Below the pieces are notes generated by a model that did no database searches, was not told where the DNA came from, and saw only the letters and a list, made by a program, of their open reading frames with translations. Below, one piece after another: positions 37,613 through 49,471 of a DNA stretch of 64,000 nt (the first letter of the stretch is position 1; the number at the start of each line of letters is the position of its first letter). Origin of the DNA: Sarea resinae (lineage: Eukaryota); contig JAPEUD010000003.1 of assembly GCA_026026165.1 (NCBI GenBank), positions 186,001 to 250,000 of the forward strand, written 5' to 3'. The translations under genes were made by a program, and so were the position numbers.

Positions 37613-39526
37613 ATGAAAACCCGGAGGCCACAGAGTGTTGGGGCACTTCGACAGCTCTTTTGTGGGACAAACTCTGCAAATTTCGCTGGTCGACCAGCGC
37701 ATAGATTCACCAATGCGCGATGTGCTTCATCTGTGTGCTGTAGCTCAAGGAGCAACCGGACTACACCGCGCGCTCTATCCTCTAGATCCGCGAACACCGA
37801 AGCCTCGGGCTTCTGTCGTCAAGAAGTACGAAAAGTTGCAAGGAGTGCAAAGATAGGATGTATACGTGGCCTGGCTACTGTCAGCAACGGTATAGCAGCT
37901 TTGAAAGCCAACATCCAGTTCTGAGCCGGCATCTAACTATTCTCAGTAAACCCGTCCAACAAAGGGCCTATGAACGAGTACGATGCCCGGATAGCGAGTG
38001 GTAGGATAAGAAATGATGAACATCAAAGAAGTATGTAGATGTCCAAGAGATATGAAATTTCGACTAACGTCATCTTTCGTGTGCAGCTATCATTCAAAGC
38101 CTGCAGGACCTTCACGAAATGCTCAAAGATTACAACCCACCAAAGGTCGTCCACCCGACTATAGAGTCGTTGAAGCCGAAAACTAGATCATTCTTCGGTT
38201 CTCTCTTTCAGCGCTCTGAAACGAAGCTTGGCACTGATATACCAGCCGATTTACCCAAAGGCCTTTATTTGTATGGAGATGTGGGTAGCGGGAAGACCAT
38301 GCTCATGGACCTATTCTTCGATACCTTACCGCAAAACATCACATCGAAGAGTCGGATACATTTCCATAATTTTATGCAGGATGTACACAAGCAACTGCAT
38401 GCTATCACAATGGAGCATGGAAACGAGATTGACGCTGTACCGTTCGTGGCAGCAAGTATTGCCGACAAGAGTAGTGTGCTATGTTTCGACGAATTCCAGT
38501 GTACAGATGTCGCAGACGCTATGATCCTGAGAAGGTCAGTCAATTTCATTGCAAAATCTCGACCACTACTGACAGCTCGGTGGTGTATCAGGCTTGTCGA
38601 GTCCTTGATGTCACACGGCGTGGTTGTGGTGACAACTTCAAATCGTCATCCAGATGAATTGTACAAGAACGGCATCCAGCGCGAATCTTTCATTCCATGT
38701 ATTAAATTGCTCAAGAATCGTCTCCGCGTCTTGAATATCGACTCACCAACGGATTATCGTAAAATTGCTCGCCCACCATCGGGGGTCTACTATCATCCTC
38801 TGGATAAGGCCAGCAAGTCCCATGCAGACAAATGGTTTCGCTTTCTCGGAAATTTTGAGAACGATCCTCCGCATGAGGCTACGCACACAATCTGGGGGAG
38901 AGAAATTCGAGTACCGGAAGCGAGCGGCAAGGCGGCCAAAATCAAGTTCGACGATATCATAGGCAAGCCTACCAGCGCTGCCGATTACTTGGAATTGATG
39001 AGAAGCTATGATGCTTTTATCATCACCGACATTCCGGGGATGACTTACCAGCAGCGAGACCTTGCTCGCCGGTTCATCACTTTCGTGGATGCTGTGTACG
39101 AGAGCAGGGTAAGCAGTTTGATCGAGACGATATGGTTACGCTCGCTAACTTGCACAGGCCAAGCTGGTCTTGACCAGTGCTGTTCCCCTGGCTGAACTTT
39201 TCCTCTCTCACGAGGAGATGGAAAATGCCCTGAAGCAGAAGGAGAAACCCGGATCGACTTTGAAAGCCGCGGACCATCGAGATGTCGATGACACGACGCG
39301 GTTACTCATGGATGACCTTGGAGTGGACATGAATTCACTCAAGAACAGCAACATGTTCTCCGGCGACGAGGAAAGATTTGCATTTGCGCGAGCGCTTAGT
39401 CGATTGAGTGAAATGGGTAGTCAGGAATGGGTTGAGAGAGGTATGGGTCTGGTGAAGAAAGGCGGCAAGGCCGAAAAGGAAAGTTGGCAGCAAGAAAGAA
39501 AGGAACTGATCGAAGAGAGTCCCTGA
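37613..39526 (+). CDS. AFG1: Mitochondrial AFG1/ZapE-family ATPase, 5 exons
   Basis: Exons 37613-37889, 37947-38030, 38087-38534, 38592-39108, 39158-39526. Arg-rich presequence; Walker A PKGLYLYGDVGSGKT, RIHFHNFM, Walker B LCFDEFQCTDVADAMIL, TSNRHPDELY, ARRFITFVDAVY, EERFAFARALSRL. Confidence 0.94.
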
Positions 39527-40825
39527 AGTTCAGTCTCGTGAGAGTCGGTCATCGATGATCTAGACCGTGGGAGACATGGAGGATTGAGACTACTTCATAC
39601 GTTGGATACCTAGCAAGTATCTTGGATGATTGCAGTCCGGATACTCACCTTATCTATACTTTCATCGCTATATACCTCTTCGTTGCTCAATCTACCAGCA
39701 TCATCTGACTGCAAATGCTTCGGCAATAGAGCGCTTGACAGAGTATGGATGTGCCCTGAGCTTACGGAGTACTACGTAGTACAGATCAACACTGTATCCA
39801 ATGGCTCTACTCCGAGTTCTCTAATGATTTCCAGCTTTCCTGCTACGTAACTCGTCACTATCTGCCTACCTAGTAGTCAGAGAGGTATTGAAGGTACGAT
39901 TACGGCATATGCTCGGCAGTAGGCCACTTCCGCAGCGTACTCGGAGAAGTCTGAGGCATGTAAGATACCTACCCGGTACGAGGCTTACCTAGGTCCGGTA
40001 TGCATGGATGGATGTACTCTAGAGTATTGGATGAGAGTCACGGCTCCAGGCTGTCTTGCTCGGAGTATGATTTTGCCGTGATATCCAGCGTGCTCGGTGA
40101 CCGCCGCACCTACCAGCAAGGTGGGCTAAGGCCTCTTTCCGATTCTGCCCATCCGTCCATGGATCCATGATGCATACGTACCCTACTCATACTATGTAGT
40201 AGATAGTAGGTGACACGACTGCCTCAGTCCTCGAGAGCATGGAAGATGCGCCCAAACAATATTCCGTATGGTGACCGCCGTCCTTGCCTTCAGGTTGGTA
40301 CCTACCTCACCTACTGTAGGATAGGTACTGGGGCGTCATCGACGAGAGAACAGCCCGAGAGAAAGAATGGGGACTCGGCCACGACACGAGGTACAAGAGC
40401 ATAGGCCTCTCGTGGCCAGGTGTCGGGCTAGTGCCGGCTAAGTTGGAAGTACCCCGCGTTTCCCACACGTCCCACATGTGAGAGGCCGAAGTTCCCCGCG
40501 TCTTCGGAACAATCAAGGCATCGTATCGTGTGGATGGATCGATGGATCGAGGGATCGTCTCACTCGAGCTCCGTTCATGGATCCATCCAGCGCAGCTCAC
40601 GAGGTTCCAAAACACCTGACTCATACTTCATGTCTCCAACGGCCACCGTCGTCCGTAAACCTTTATTTTCCTGGACAGTCGGCCATCGAGACACAAATTC
40701 ACTTCAGATGAGCTTCGTGGAACCTTGCGAGGTGAGTATCTGCCCCTGGAGCCGACAAGCTAGCTTGCCTTATCTAATGTGATGACGATGACGCAACAGA
40801 GAGCATGCCATAGCAGCAATTAACG

Positions 40826-43800
40826 ATGCTTCCACCACAACTCTCACCGGCGCAGCGCGCCTTGCAACTCTCAGCATATAGCGCTCTCCGCCATGCTCCC
40901 GCGCTTTCGACGATTGTTTTGACCCATCATGGTTTGAGTCGCCATTCCCGCGTTTCCGAAGCATCGTCAAGTCAACAACGTCGGGCCTTTTGGTGGGGAC
41001 GTTATCGATCATGGGCGTCCTGTCTCGACGGGAACATCCAAAGGAAGCTCGAAAAACGAAATCAGATCCTGAAGCACAAATATGCCGAAGCCTTGCGTCG
41101 AAACTCGCACTGGAATTCTGACCACAACGTTGATCGGTCTCAATCGAGCTGGGCATGGAGGTCCAGCTCGGCCAACGTCGAGCAGAATCCGCGCCATGTG
41201 GGACGGCGTGGCTGCACTTGGACTAGCTACCAACCACGTCAAGAGACAAGAGGAGAGCAAATGCGAAGAAGAATGGAAGAAGTGAAGAGTCAGGTTGACG
41301 ACGATCCTTTCCGTGCCATTTTTGGGCGAAATGCAGGTGGCAGCTACTACAGCCCACCGATGTCCTCTTGGTCTGTGTTCAATTGGGGTTTGGGGAGTAC
41401 CAAGGCTGAGGACGATGCCTCTCGAATCGCTACCGAAATCAGATCGAAAACACCTTCCGAAGATACTAGGCGTGTTAAGAAAGAGGCAGCAATTGCCCCT
41501 GAAAATCCGGTCCGCGAGGAACTTGATAAATTCCAGAGTCCGCCAGTGGAAACCTACGATTTCGACCCTATCACAATGCGCAAGGTTCCGAGAGGTGCAA
41601 ACAATCAAGCTGCATCGACGCAACCTCAGTCCGTGCAATCTACGACAGCCGACGAGGCACGTGCACCGAATCGATTAATACATAATGCCAAAGACTCAAA
41701 GGAAGAGGATCTTGATCTTCTTCGAGCCAGCGATGTCCGAGCTTCTGCAGGCATCGTCAAAAGGCCACGGCTCGAAAGTCAGATGGAGAAGCAGCAGAGA
41801 CGTGGGATGCTTGATGCTGATTTTGATGCCTTGTCAGACACTCTGGGTACTGCCACAGTGGCTCAAAATAATCCCCAACCGCCGGTAATAGGAGGTGAAG
41901 GCGATTTATCTACGAACGTGGCTAAGTTTGCAAAATCTAATCGGTGGTATAAGAAAAAGGCTCCCCATGCATTAGCTAAGGAAGCTGGAATCGATCTTGA
42001 CCGCCAATTAGTCCGCGAGATCAAGAACATCTATGAAAATGCACACGATGCCATTTCTACTTCTCACCGCCGAGGCCCTTTGAGAAAAACCGTCGAGCGT
42101 ATAGGTCCTTCTCCAAGTGTCGAAAAAGGGTTAGCAGGCTACGATGAAGCACGCGGTCCGGGCTTGTATCAATTTACTGCAGGCCAAGACTCATTGGAGG
42201 CAGACCTCAAGGCACAAGCGCAAGCTCAGAAAGCCTCTGATGGGGTGAGCAGGAGTTTAGAAGAGCACGATCGGACACTCGGCTCGGGCGCCTACCAATT
42301 TACGACTGGACAGGATGCATTGGAAGCCGAGCTTTTGGAGCAATCAAAGCTGGCAAAGCACGACGGGAAACTAGGCACTGCATATCATTTCGTGCCTGGA
42401 CAAGACTCACTTGAGAGCGATCTCTCGGAGCAGTCTCAAGCCCCAAATCAGCCATCGAACCTACATCGGAAGTTAGCGGAACATGATGAGAAGCTTGGAC
42501 TAGGAAGTAGATATCAGTACACTACAGGTCAAGACTCATTGGAAGCCGATCTATCAAACCCGCAAGAGCAACCTTGTGAGGTTCGACAGGCGTTGGCAGA
42601 GCACGACCAAAAGCGCAGCTCTGGATCTCGAAACGAATCAAAAAAGGGCCTTGAAGCATCCCAAACCCCACATCCTTCCCTAGAAGTCAACCAAGAATTG
42701 GCAAAGCACGAAGAGAGCCTGGGTTCAGATGCGTATCGGTTCACAACTGGGCAAGATTCGTTGGAGAGTGACCTTTCAAAGCCACAACAGCCTACCTGCG
42801 GAGTACGACAGGCCTTAGCAGAGCATGAGGAAAAGCTAGACTCGGGCACTTTTGTCTCACCAAGGTCACGCCTCTCAGCACGATCCCTGGCTCAAGATCC
42901 TTCCGTCGATGTGAGGGAGGAATTAGCAAAGCATGACCGAAAGCTAGGTCCAGAAGCATACCAATTTGTGACTGGGCAGGATTCGTTGGAGACCGATCTT
43001 ACTAAAGCCAAACCCCAAACCCAGCAGAAGCGGTATCCTGAAGAGCCAGCGCTTCGCATGGAGCAGGCGGAGCAGATCCTCCAAGAAGAGGTCCAAGAAA
43101 GCGACGATCTACTCTACGATATTCAGAAGCTTATGGAAGACGTCAAAGCCGAATCTGTCACCCCGTCCAAATCCCCGGAGGTGACTGCCCAAACCTGGAA
43201 ACTTCAGGTCCTCGGCAAGATGCTTCAGAACAGCGAACTGAGAATAGAGCTAGCGCGCTTGCAGCTCGAGAATGCATCTCGCGTCTTCAACTCTGTATCT
43301 CCCTCTACTGCGATTCGCGCAGATTCTCCCATTGCTCAGAACGAGTCGGACGTGACCGTCTACAAGGTTCTAGCCTACGACCCATCAACCCGCGAGCTCA
43401 CGACCGCCACAACTACGTCATCTGTTACACATGAGGAGACCCCTATCTCCCCCAGCATCGCTCTGTCTCGCCTCATTGCATCGGCCAAATTTGTGCCGCA
43501 CCTGCCCGAGCTCCAAAAAGCGGGCTTCGAAATTGTTGCTGGCGGAAACGACGTCCTTGTTTTCAGAATGACGCGCAAGGTTTCGGCTGAAGAGGCTGCT
43601 AAGATGGCGGTAGATCAGAGCAGTCGACCGCTTGCAGCTGAGGAGCATCAGACCAGGCCCGTCAATCCTGTCGATGGCACCACGACGACGATGCCGCAGA
43701 CAGGGAACTTTGCATCGCCGACTGGTTTCGTGAATCATGACGCTGTCTTTACCGATGAGCCCGGACAATCCACGGCATCGTCGCCTCGCAACCCTGAGGC

Positions 43801-44119
43801 CACTCCTCACTCGGATGCCAGAGTCAACACTGCCAGCGCTGCGACCTCACCAAATGGCAAAGAGCAAATCATTCAGAAGACAGAGCCGCATTTCTCGGGC
43901 GCCCAGTCTGACCACTGGGATAAGAGCTCGTCCGCATCCTTGTTGCACGAGAAGATCCAAGGCAATGGGGGAAGGAGTGGAGGTAAGGGCAAGGCCAGGA
44001 CCGCTAAACGCGTTCTCCTTTTCGGCACTTGGATGGCAGGGTGCTGTTATGCCGTCGGTGTCGTTGCAGAATACTTTCGTACTGGGGGAAGTACGGGATT
44101 GGGACCGCGGGGATTTTAG
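40826..44119 (+). CDS. Large fungal protein of unknown function (1097 aa) with presequence-like N-terminus, internal repeats and a C-terminal TM helix
   Basis: Uninterrupted ATG-initiated ORF. Blocks YDFDPITMRKV, EDLDLLRASDVRA, YKVLAYDPST and NFASPTGFVN recall Pezizomycotina 'serine-threonine-rich' hypotheticals. C-terminal TM VLLFGTWMAGCCYAVGVVAEYF. Confidence 0.85.
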   Translation: MLPPQLSPAQRALQLSAYSALRHAPALSTIVLTHHGLSRHSRVSEASSSQQRRAFWWGRYRSWASCLDGNIQRKLEKRNQILKHKYAEALRRNSHWNSDHNVDRSQSSWAWRSSSANVEQNPRHVGRRGCTWTSYQPRQETRGEQMRRRMEEVKSQVDDDPFRAIFGRNAGGSYYSPPMSSWSVFNWGLGSTKAEDDASRIATEIRSKTPSEDTRRVKKEAAIAPENPVREELDKFQSPPVETYDFDPITMRKVPRGANNQAASTQPQSVQSTTADEARAPNRLIHNAKDSKEEDLDLLRASDVRASAGIVKRPRLESQMEKQQRRGMLDADFDALSDTLGTATVAQNNPQPPVIGGEGDLSTNVAKFAKSNRWYKKKAPHALAKEAGIDLDRQLVREIKNIYENAHDAISTSHRRGPLRKTVERIGPSPSVEKGLAGYDEARGPGLYQFTAGQDSLEADLKAQAQAQKASDGVSRSLEEHDRTLGSGAYQFTTGQDALEAELLEQSKLAKHDGKLGTAYHFVPGQDSLESDLSEQSQAPNQPSNLHRKLAEHDEKLGLGSRYQYTTGQDSLEADLSNPQEQPCEVRQALAEHDQKRSSGSRNESKKGLEASQTPHPSLEVNQELAKHEESLGSDAYRFTTGQDSLESDLSKPQQPTCGVRQALAEHEEKLDSGTFVSPRSRLSARSLAQDPSVDVREELAKHDRKLGPEAYQFVTGQDSLETDLTKAKPQTQQKRYPEEPALRMEQAEQILQEEVQESDDLLYDIQKLMEDVKAESVTPSKSPEVTAQTWKLQVLGKMLQNSELRIELARLQLENASRVFNSVSPSTAIRADSPIAQNESDVTVYKVLAYDPSTRELTTATTTSSVTHEETPISPSIALSRLIASAKFVPHLPELQKAGFEIVAGGNDVLVFRMTRKVSAEEAAKMAVDQSSRPLAAEEHQTRPVNPVDGTTTTMPQTGNFASPTGFVNHDAVFTDEPGQSTASSPRNPEATPHSDARVNTASAATSPNGKEQIIQKTEPHFSGAQSDHWDKSSSASLLHEKIQGNGGRSGGKGKARTAKRVLLFGTWMAGCCYAVGVVAEYFRTGGSTGLGPRGF

Positions 44120-44809
44120 AAACCTCCGAGCGAGTCATAAGAGCGATTTTGAAGCATGATGGAGGCAGAGGGAATCACAGAGGGAAGGAGGGCGAGTTTC
44201 ATTTTTTATGGTTGCTAAGGCGCGAAAATCTTGCTCTAGCGACGGTATCGGTCAAAGTGGCGGCGTTTTTCCCGGTAGGTTTGATGTTTGCTTTTGACAT
44301 TTCGCGTTTCTGTGGCACAGCATTGGGTGGGGGGGCATGCATGTATGAACATTCACACTGGCCCGCTTCTGCTATGCTTTTCTTTTTCTTGCGGCTCTCT
44401 CTCTCGCTCTTTCTCCTCTCCCATCTCCCCTCTACTTGTATCCACCGAGTCTCTTTGTCACGAGAAACGATAGCTGCTGTATGTAGCAACGAATCCGAAT
44501 CCGAATCCGCTACCAAACGAAATGGCTCTTTCCTTTCTAGCTGTGCTTGTAGGACATAGGATGATGTTTCCATTCGTTTGCGTTGGCTGTAGACTATATC
44601 GTGTAGGCAGTCCTCGCTACTCTCCCCCTCTCTCTCCCCTTCTCGCAGGTAACATCCATCCCTACTGCCCCTCTACTAGAGGCGTGAAAACAATATACAT
44701 CAAAGTAGGGATATTCTCTCTGTGTCCCCTGCTTTCTCTCTTTTCTCTCTTTTCTTTTTCTTTTCCCTCCCCTTGAAAAAAGAAACTGTAAAGATACCTT
44801 ATCGTTGTC

Positions 44810-45860
44810 ATCCTACTCCCACTCCTACTCCTACTCCTACTCCTACTCCTACTCCTACTCCTACTGAACTCTAATAATACTTTACCCTAGGGTTTGTCTA
44901 GTTGATAAAGGAATTGTAAAGATAATTCTAAGGTAATAACATCAAATGCTTTGTTTCCCCTAAGTAGAGGAGAGGGGGGGGGGGAGTAGAGAGTTCCTTT
45001 CTTTAGTAGTGTTTTTCGTTTGTCTTTTATTTCTTCTCTTCCTATCTCTTTGTTTTTTTCCTTTTGCTTTTTAGTTCTTCTTCCGTCTCTTTTTGTAAAA
45101 GAAAAAAAAAAACAAGAACAGAGAGTGTATCTACCACCTCTGCTAATAGTAATGTCTTTCTTTGTTTTCTATTAGCTGTTAGCTGTTAGCTGTTAGCTAG
45201 TATTTAAGGATAAAGTGTATATAGATATGTTTAGAGTAGTAGAGAAGAGTACTAGGAGATATCACCTAGTTTCTAATTTTCCCTATAAAAAGTGAGAGAG
45301 AAGGAGAGGTTAGTAAAGGTATATATATCTACAACTAGTATAGAGTATATAGGATATAAGATATAATTTCTAGAATATAAGATGTAGAATAGAGGACATT
45401 AATTATCTATCACTGTACTATACTGTGCTATACTACATACACTACATTATATATATAGTAAACCTACTGACCTACTAACCTACTAACCTACTAATCCACT
45501 AATCCACTAACCTCCTTACCTCCTTACCTCTTTACCTCTTTCTCTATTAAGAAAACAAACAAACAAACAAATGAATAGGAAATAAGAAACAAGGAAACAA
45601 GAAATAAGAAACATTAATCCTCCTTATATTTACTTCACTTTAATTTAGTTTACTTTATCCTATTCACCCTCCTTTACTTTTATACAACCTAATAGTCTCT
45701 AGCTCTCAGGTTAGCTCTTAGGCTAGTGGACTAGGGGAACAAGGCAGATAAGATGAGATACCTAGATAAGTAGAGGGGATAAGGCAGGAGATAGAAAGAG
45801 ATAAAATTACAGAGAGATAGATAGATAGAAGGACAGACAAATAGATAGTTTAGTTCGGTT
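44810..45860. repeat. AT-rich, TpA-rich compound microsatellite island
   Basis: (TCCTAC) about 9 copies, (TTAGCTG)n, (CCTACTAA)n, (AAAC)n, (GATA)n. No CpG seen between 45086 and 45855. Confidence 0.85.
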
Positions 45861-46422
45861 CAAAGACAAGGGATGTACAGACAGATTAACAGTAGATACT
45901 AGAGTCGGCCATTTGATACTCTAGAGATGCAGGTGATGCGGCGTGCGAGCAAGGAGGAGTTTTAGCTTCAAGTACAAGAAGACGCACTGCACGCACTGTA
46001 GGAAAGAAGAAGGTCTGGGTTCTGACTGTTGGCTGGTTGGTTCATAGTTCATACTTTGTTCATTTTCATTTGTTTGGACGAAGAGCGAGAGATAGGAAAA
46101 AGGTGTGAGCGTCAATGTGAGGGTGAGTACAAAAGTGTGAGCGTCTCAGATTGAGAGTGAGAGTTGAAAGTACGGATGCAGAACCGCACTGAGTGCATAG
46201 GTGTGAGGATGAATGAGGATGAATGAGTATGAGTGTGAGGGTACCGCAGGCGCTACATCATCATGCCACATTAGACTCGTATGTAACTGAGAACCCCTCG
46301 AAAATCCCCCTGTCAGATGAATAGATGAAAACATAGAGCCACGAAGATAGAAAAAAGACCCACCCCACCCAACAGAAAGATGAAATGTCAGACACCACAA
46401 GGAAAAGCAACCAAAGAGAATT

Positions 46423-48506
46423 TCAGGTCTCGGGAATCCGTAGATTCACTTTCGTCCTCCCCTCCAGCACAGCATCAAGGTCATCATCATTCGCAATCTG
46501 CTGCTCGTGGTTATCTTCGTTGATGAAGACAAAATCCTTGCCGCCCAACGGCTGCAGTCGCGCGCGCATCTTCTCCTTGATCTCCTCATAGTTGACATCC
46601 ATGGGCATGCGGATGGCAAAAATGTCCGGACCGTAGTGGACTTTGATCTTCAGCGAGGGAGCACCAGGGTCCGGCGGGCCCCGCTGCGAATTCGAGCCTT
46701 GTGAGTCTTGCGTAAAGGAACTGTCCTGACGGAGCAGAGGGGCCGGAGGTTGCAGCTCGGAGCCGTTGCGTTGATGACTGCTGGCAGCGGCAGCTTGGTT
46801 CATGTCTTGTTGCGAGATGGATTGTTTCGCCTGGTGAGTAGGTCGCGGTGGAGGAGCTGAGAGGCCAGGGTAGCCGCTCCCGTCCAGGTTGCCCTGAGAA
46901 GACTGTCGAGACATTTCCTGTGACGTATCGATCGATGACAGTTGTGACCCTCCCGACGAGCGATACTCGTCCCCAGCAGCGTCGGGGTCGACTTCGAAGT
47001 CGCCTTCGCGAGCGGCAAAAAGCTGAGCCACGAGTTGACTTCGAGACACGTGCGTCGGCATTGCAAGCAAATTCTTGACGTACTCATCCAGACTTTGCCT
47101 TCGGCCGTTGGAGATGTTATCCGTGACGTAAGTGACGGGTCCCGGCATGTAGGGTAGCGTCCTCGGCCCCCCCGTGTTCCCCGCCTCGTCCGGAAATGCT
47201 TTGAGTAATCTGATCTGAAAGTCGTAGAAATCCTGATAGAAGCGTGAGAGCTCCCAGTGTCTCCCATCCTCCATGATAGCTTCAATGATGAACCAGAATT
47301 TATCGTTCGCATAGCAGTATCGAGGTACGCTCGCCGAGACCGGAACTGCATAGTGATTGTGTTGTGACTGAGGGTTGTAAAGGTACTGATCCTGGATGGC
47401 GTTGGCTTTGCTGGCGCTGCGCTGATGCAAGCCTTGGGCCTGTTTAATGGAATTAGCAATTGTTGTCGAAATAAGATCAGCGAGGCTCCATACATAACCG
47501 TTTTGGCCGTTTCCTTGTGCATAACCCCCCTTGTTGCTCAGGCTCATACGTCCCATGTCCTGCTGGACCGATTGAGTTTCGAATTTCCCAAGTGTTATGC
47601 TGCTGGCCTTGTATTCGGCCGCCATCTTCTTCCACTGTTCCACCTTCGGGACACCAGCTCGCCTGATCGCCTCTTGAGAATCAGGCACTGCCTGTCCGGT
47701 GGCCATATCTCGAATCTCGATAAAAGAGGCTGGAATCAGGCCTGGCCCTCCAAGACGCCCGATAGGTTTCGCTACGAACCATTCGGGATTCGACTGGGCA
47801 ATCACTATGATCGCCTCGCCTGCTTTAGCCTCCAGTTCGTCCGGTCTTTCTGCGTTGAAGTCGTACTGCACTATGCCATAGACCATGGCCCCGGTTCCCT
47901 TGCTCATCATCCTCGACATATGCCCAGGCCTGGAACCCAGATCCGATGTGTCGATGGTGCCGATGGCTCCAGGCTTCTCCGCATATCCAGAATCGTGCTC
48001 TCCAATTCTCCCACCACCGGAAGCGCCCGAACCGGAGCTGTCCCTCGCAGTCTTTCCCAACACTTCGAAGGCGTTTACGGGAACCAAACCACGCGTATTT
48101 TCCGACGGGTTGCAGGCTTCGTACCATTTCTCGTCATTTTCCCGACCGATAACGTGGAAGTAGTCTCCTCGATTGAACTTGAGAAAATCGGATGGACTGA
48201 AGAATTTGAACTCGTCGTGCTTCCAACTGTCGTCGGATGTAGGATCGTAGTCACGAATAGCTTTGATCACCTATGGATGGTCAGACAGAAGCAACGCGGC
48301 AGTGCGAGCGCCGATGCGCTCTTGCCAAGGGCGCGGGGACGGACCTTTTTGGGTGGATTGATCGCGGTAGCCGACTTCACGGGAATAGAGACGTGAGATC
48401 TCGAGGATCGATCGCCCTGCTTGGACCTGCGCTGAAGGAATTTCTAGAAAAGCATCTTCAGCAAGACCTCTCCGACAACGTTGGACAAGGTTACCCTTAC
48501 ACTCAT
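46423..48506 (-). CDS. BEM1: Polarity scaffold Bem1/Scd2 (SH3-SH3-PX-PB1), 4 exons
   Basis: Exons 48506-48495 (MSVR), 48443-48345, 48270-47494, 47439-46423. SH3-1 VIKAIRDYD...GLVPVNAFEV; SH3-2 YDFNAERPDELEAKAGE...PIGRLGGPGLIPASFIE; PX LSRFYQDFYDFQI...LPYMPGP; PB1 KIKVHYGPDIFAIR. Confidence 0.94.
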
Positions 48507-49412
48507 GATGGGTGGAGACTGGCGATCGCCGCGATCGCGCAGCCGTTCTGCGATGCCCAACAGCTAGAACAAGGTGAGTAGTGCTTGGTCGCAAATGAGG
48601 CCCAACAATGTAAGCGCTTCCCAGACTTGGTCGGAGTGGTCGATCAATTCAGGTTGTAGAATGCGCAGTCTCGAGTAAGGCCGGCGAGGGGCGAGATGAG
48701 ATGAGAGTCGGCCGATGTATTCAGTGCTACTTTGTGGCGTAGGTGAAGGTGGAAGTGGGAATCGTCGAGGGATGAGATGCGATGTCGTCTGAAGTGAGTG
48801 AGTGAATAATGAGTCGGAAGTTTTGAAAAGATCGTGCACGATCTTGCAGGGTTTACACCGAGGGGGGGGGAGGGTGTGTGGGTGTGTGGGTGTGTGATGG
48901 TGTTTAGCAGCGTAGGGTCAAGTGAGGTAAGGTAGAAAGGTAATGGAGAGACGGAGAGCGAGAGATGCTCCCATGTACGATGTACTCATACTCAGTGCTC
49001 GGTCAGTAAGGTCGAGCAGAGAAGAGAGGGAGAGAGAGGGTCCAAGCCAACCGATGGAAGCAAGTCCGTCCCAAGGTCCTTCCTTGCCTGGGCGTTAGTC
49101 CGGGATTCTCCTCTCACGACGGGCAGCTCACCACAGCCAGAACCGCCCAAACGGCCCCTTTCGGCAATTTCACAGAAGAAAGTCGCACAGCCGCCCCACT
49201 CGAGAAACGTTATGGGGACAGGAGTAGCGGCGCGACTAGGAACCCTAGGAGTGCCCTACCATCCGGACCCCGTTATCGATAACTGCCTGACCGAGCCCAG
49301 AGATCGACCCTACCTGGACTGGCCGATGCCTCCTTGGCAACGCTGGTAGCAGAGGTCAGGGAGGTCAAAGAGGCCAGACGGGTCAAAGAGATCAGGTATA
49401 GAGGAGAAAGAG

Positions 49413-49418
<6 letters not shown>

Positions 49419-49466
<48 letters not shown>
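49419..49466. repeat. (AG)24 microsatellite upstream of BEM1
   Basis: Direct read of the sequence. Confidence 0.95.
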
Positions 49467-49471
<5 letters not shown>

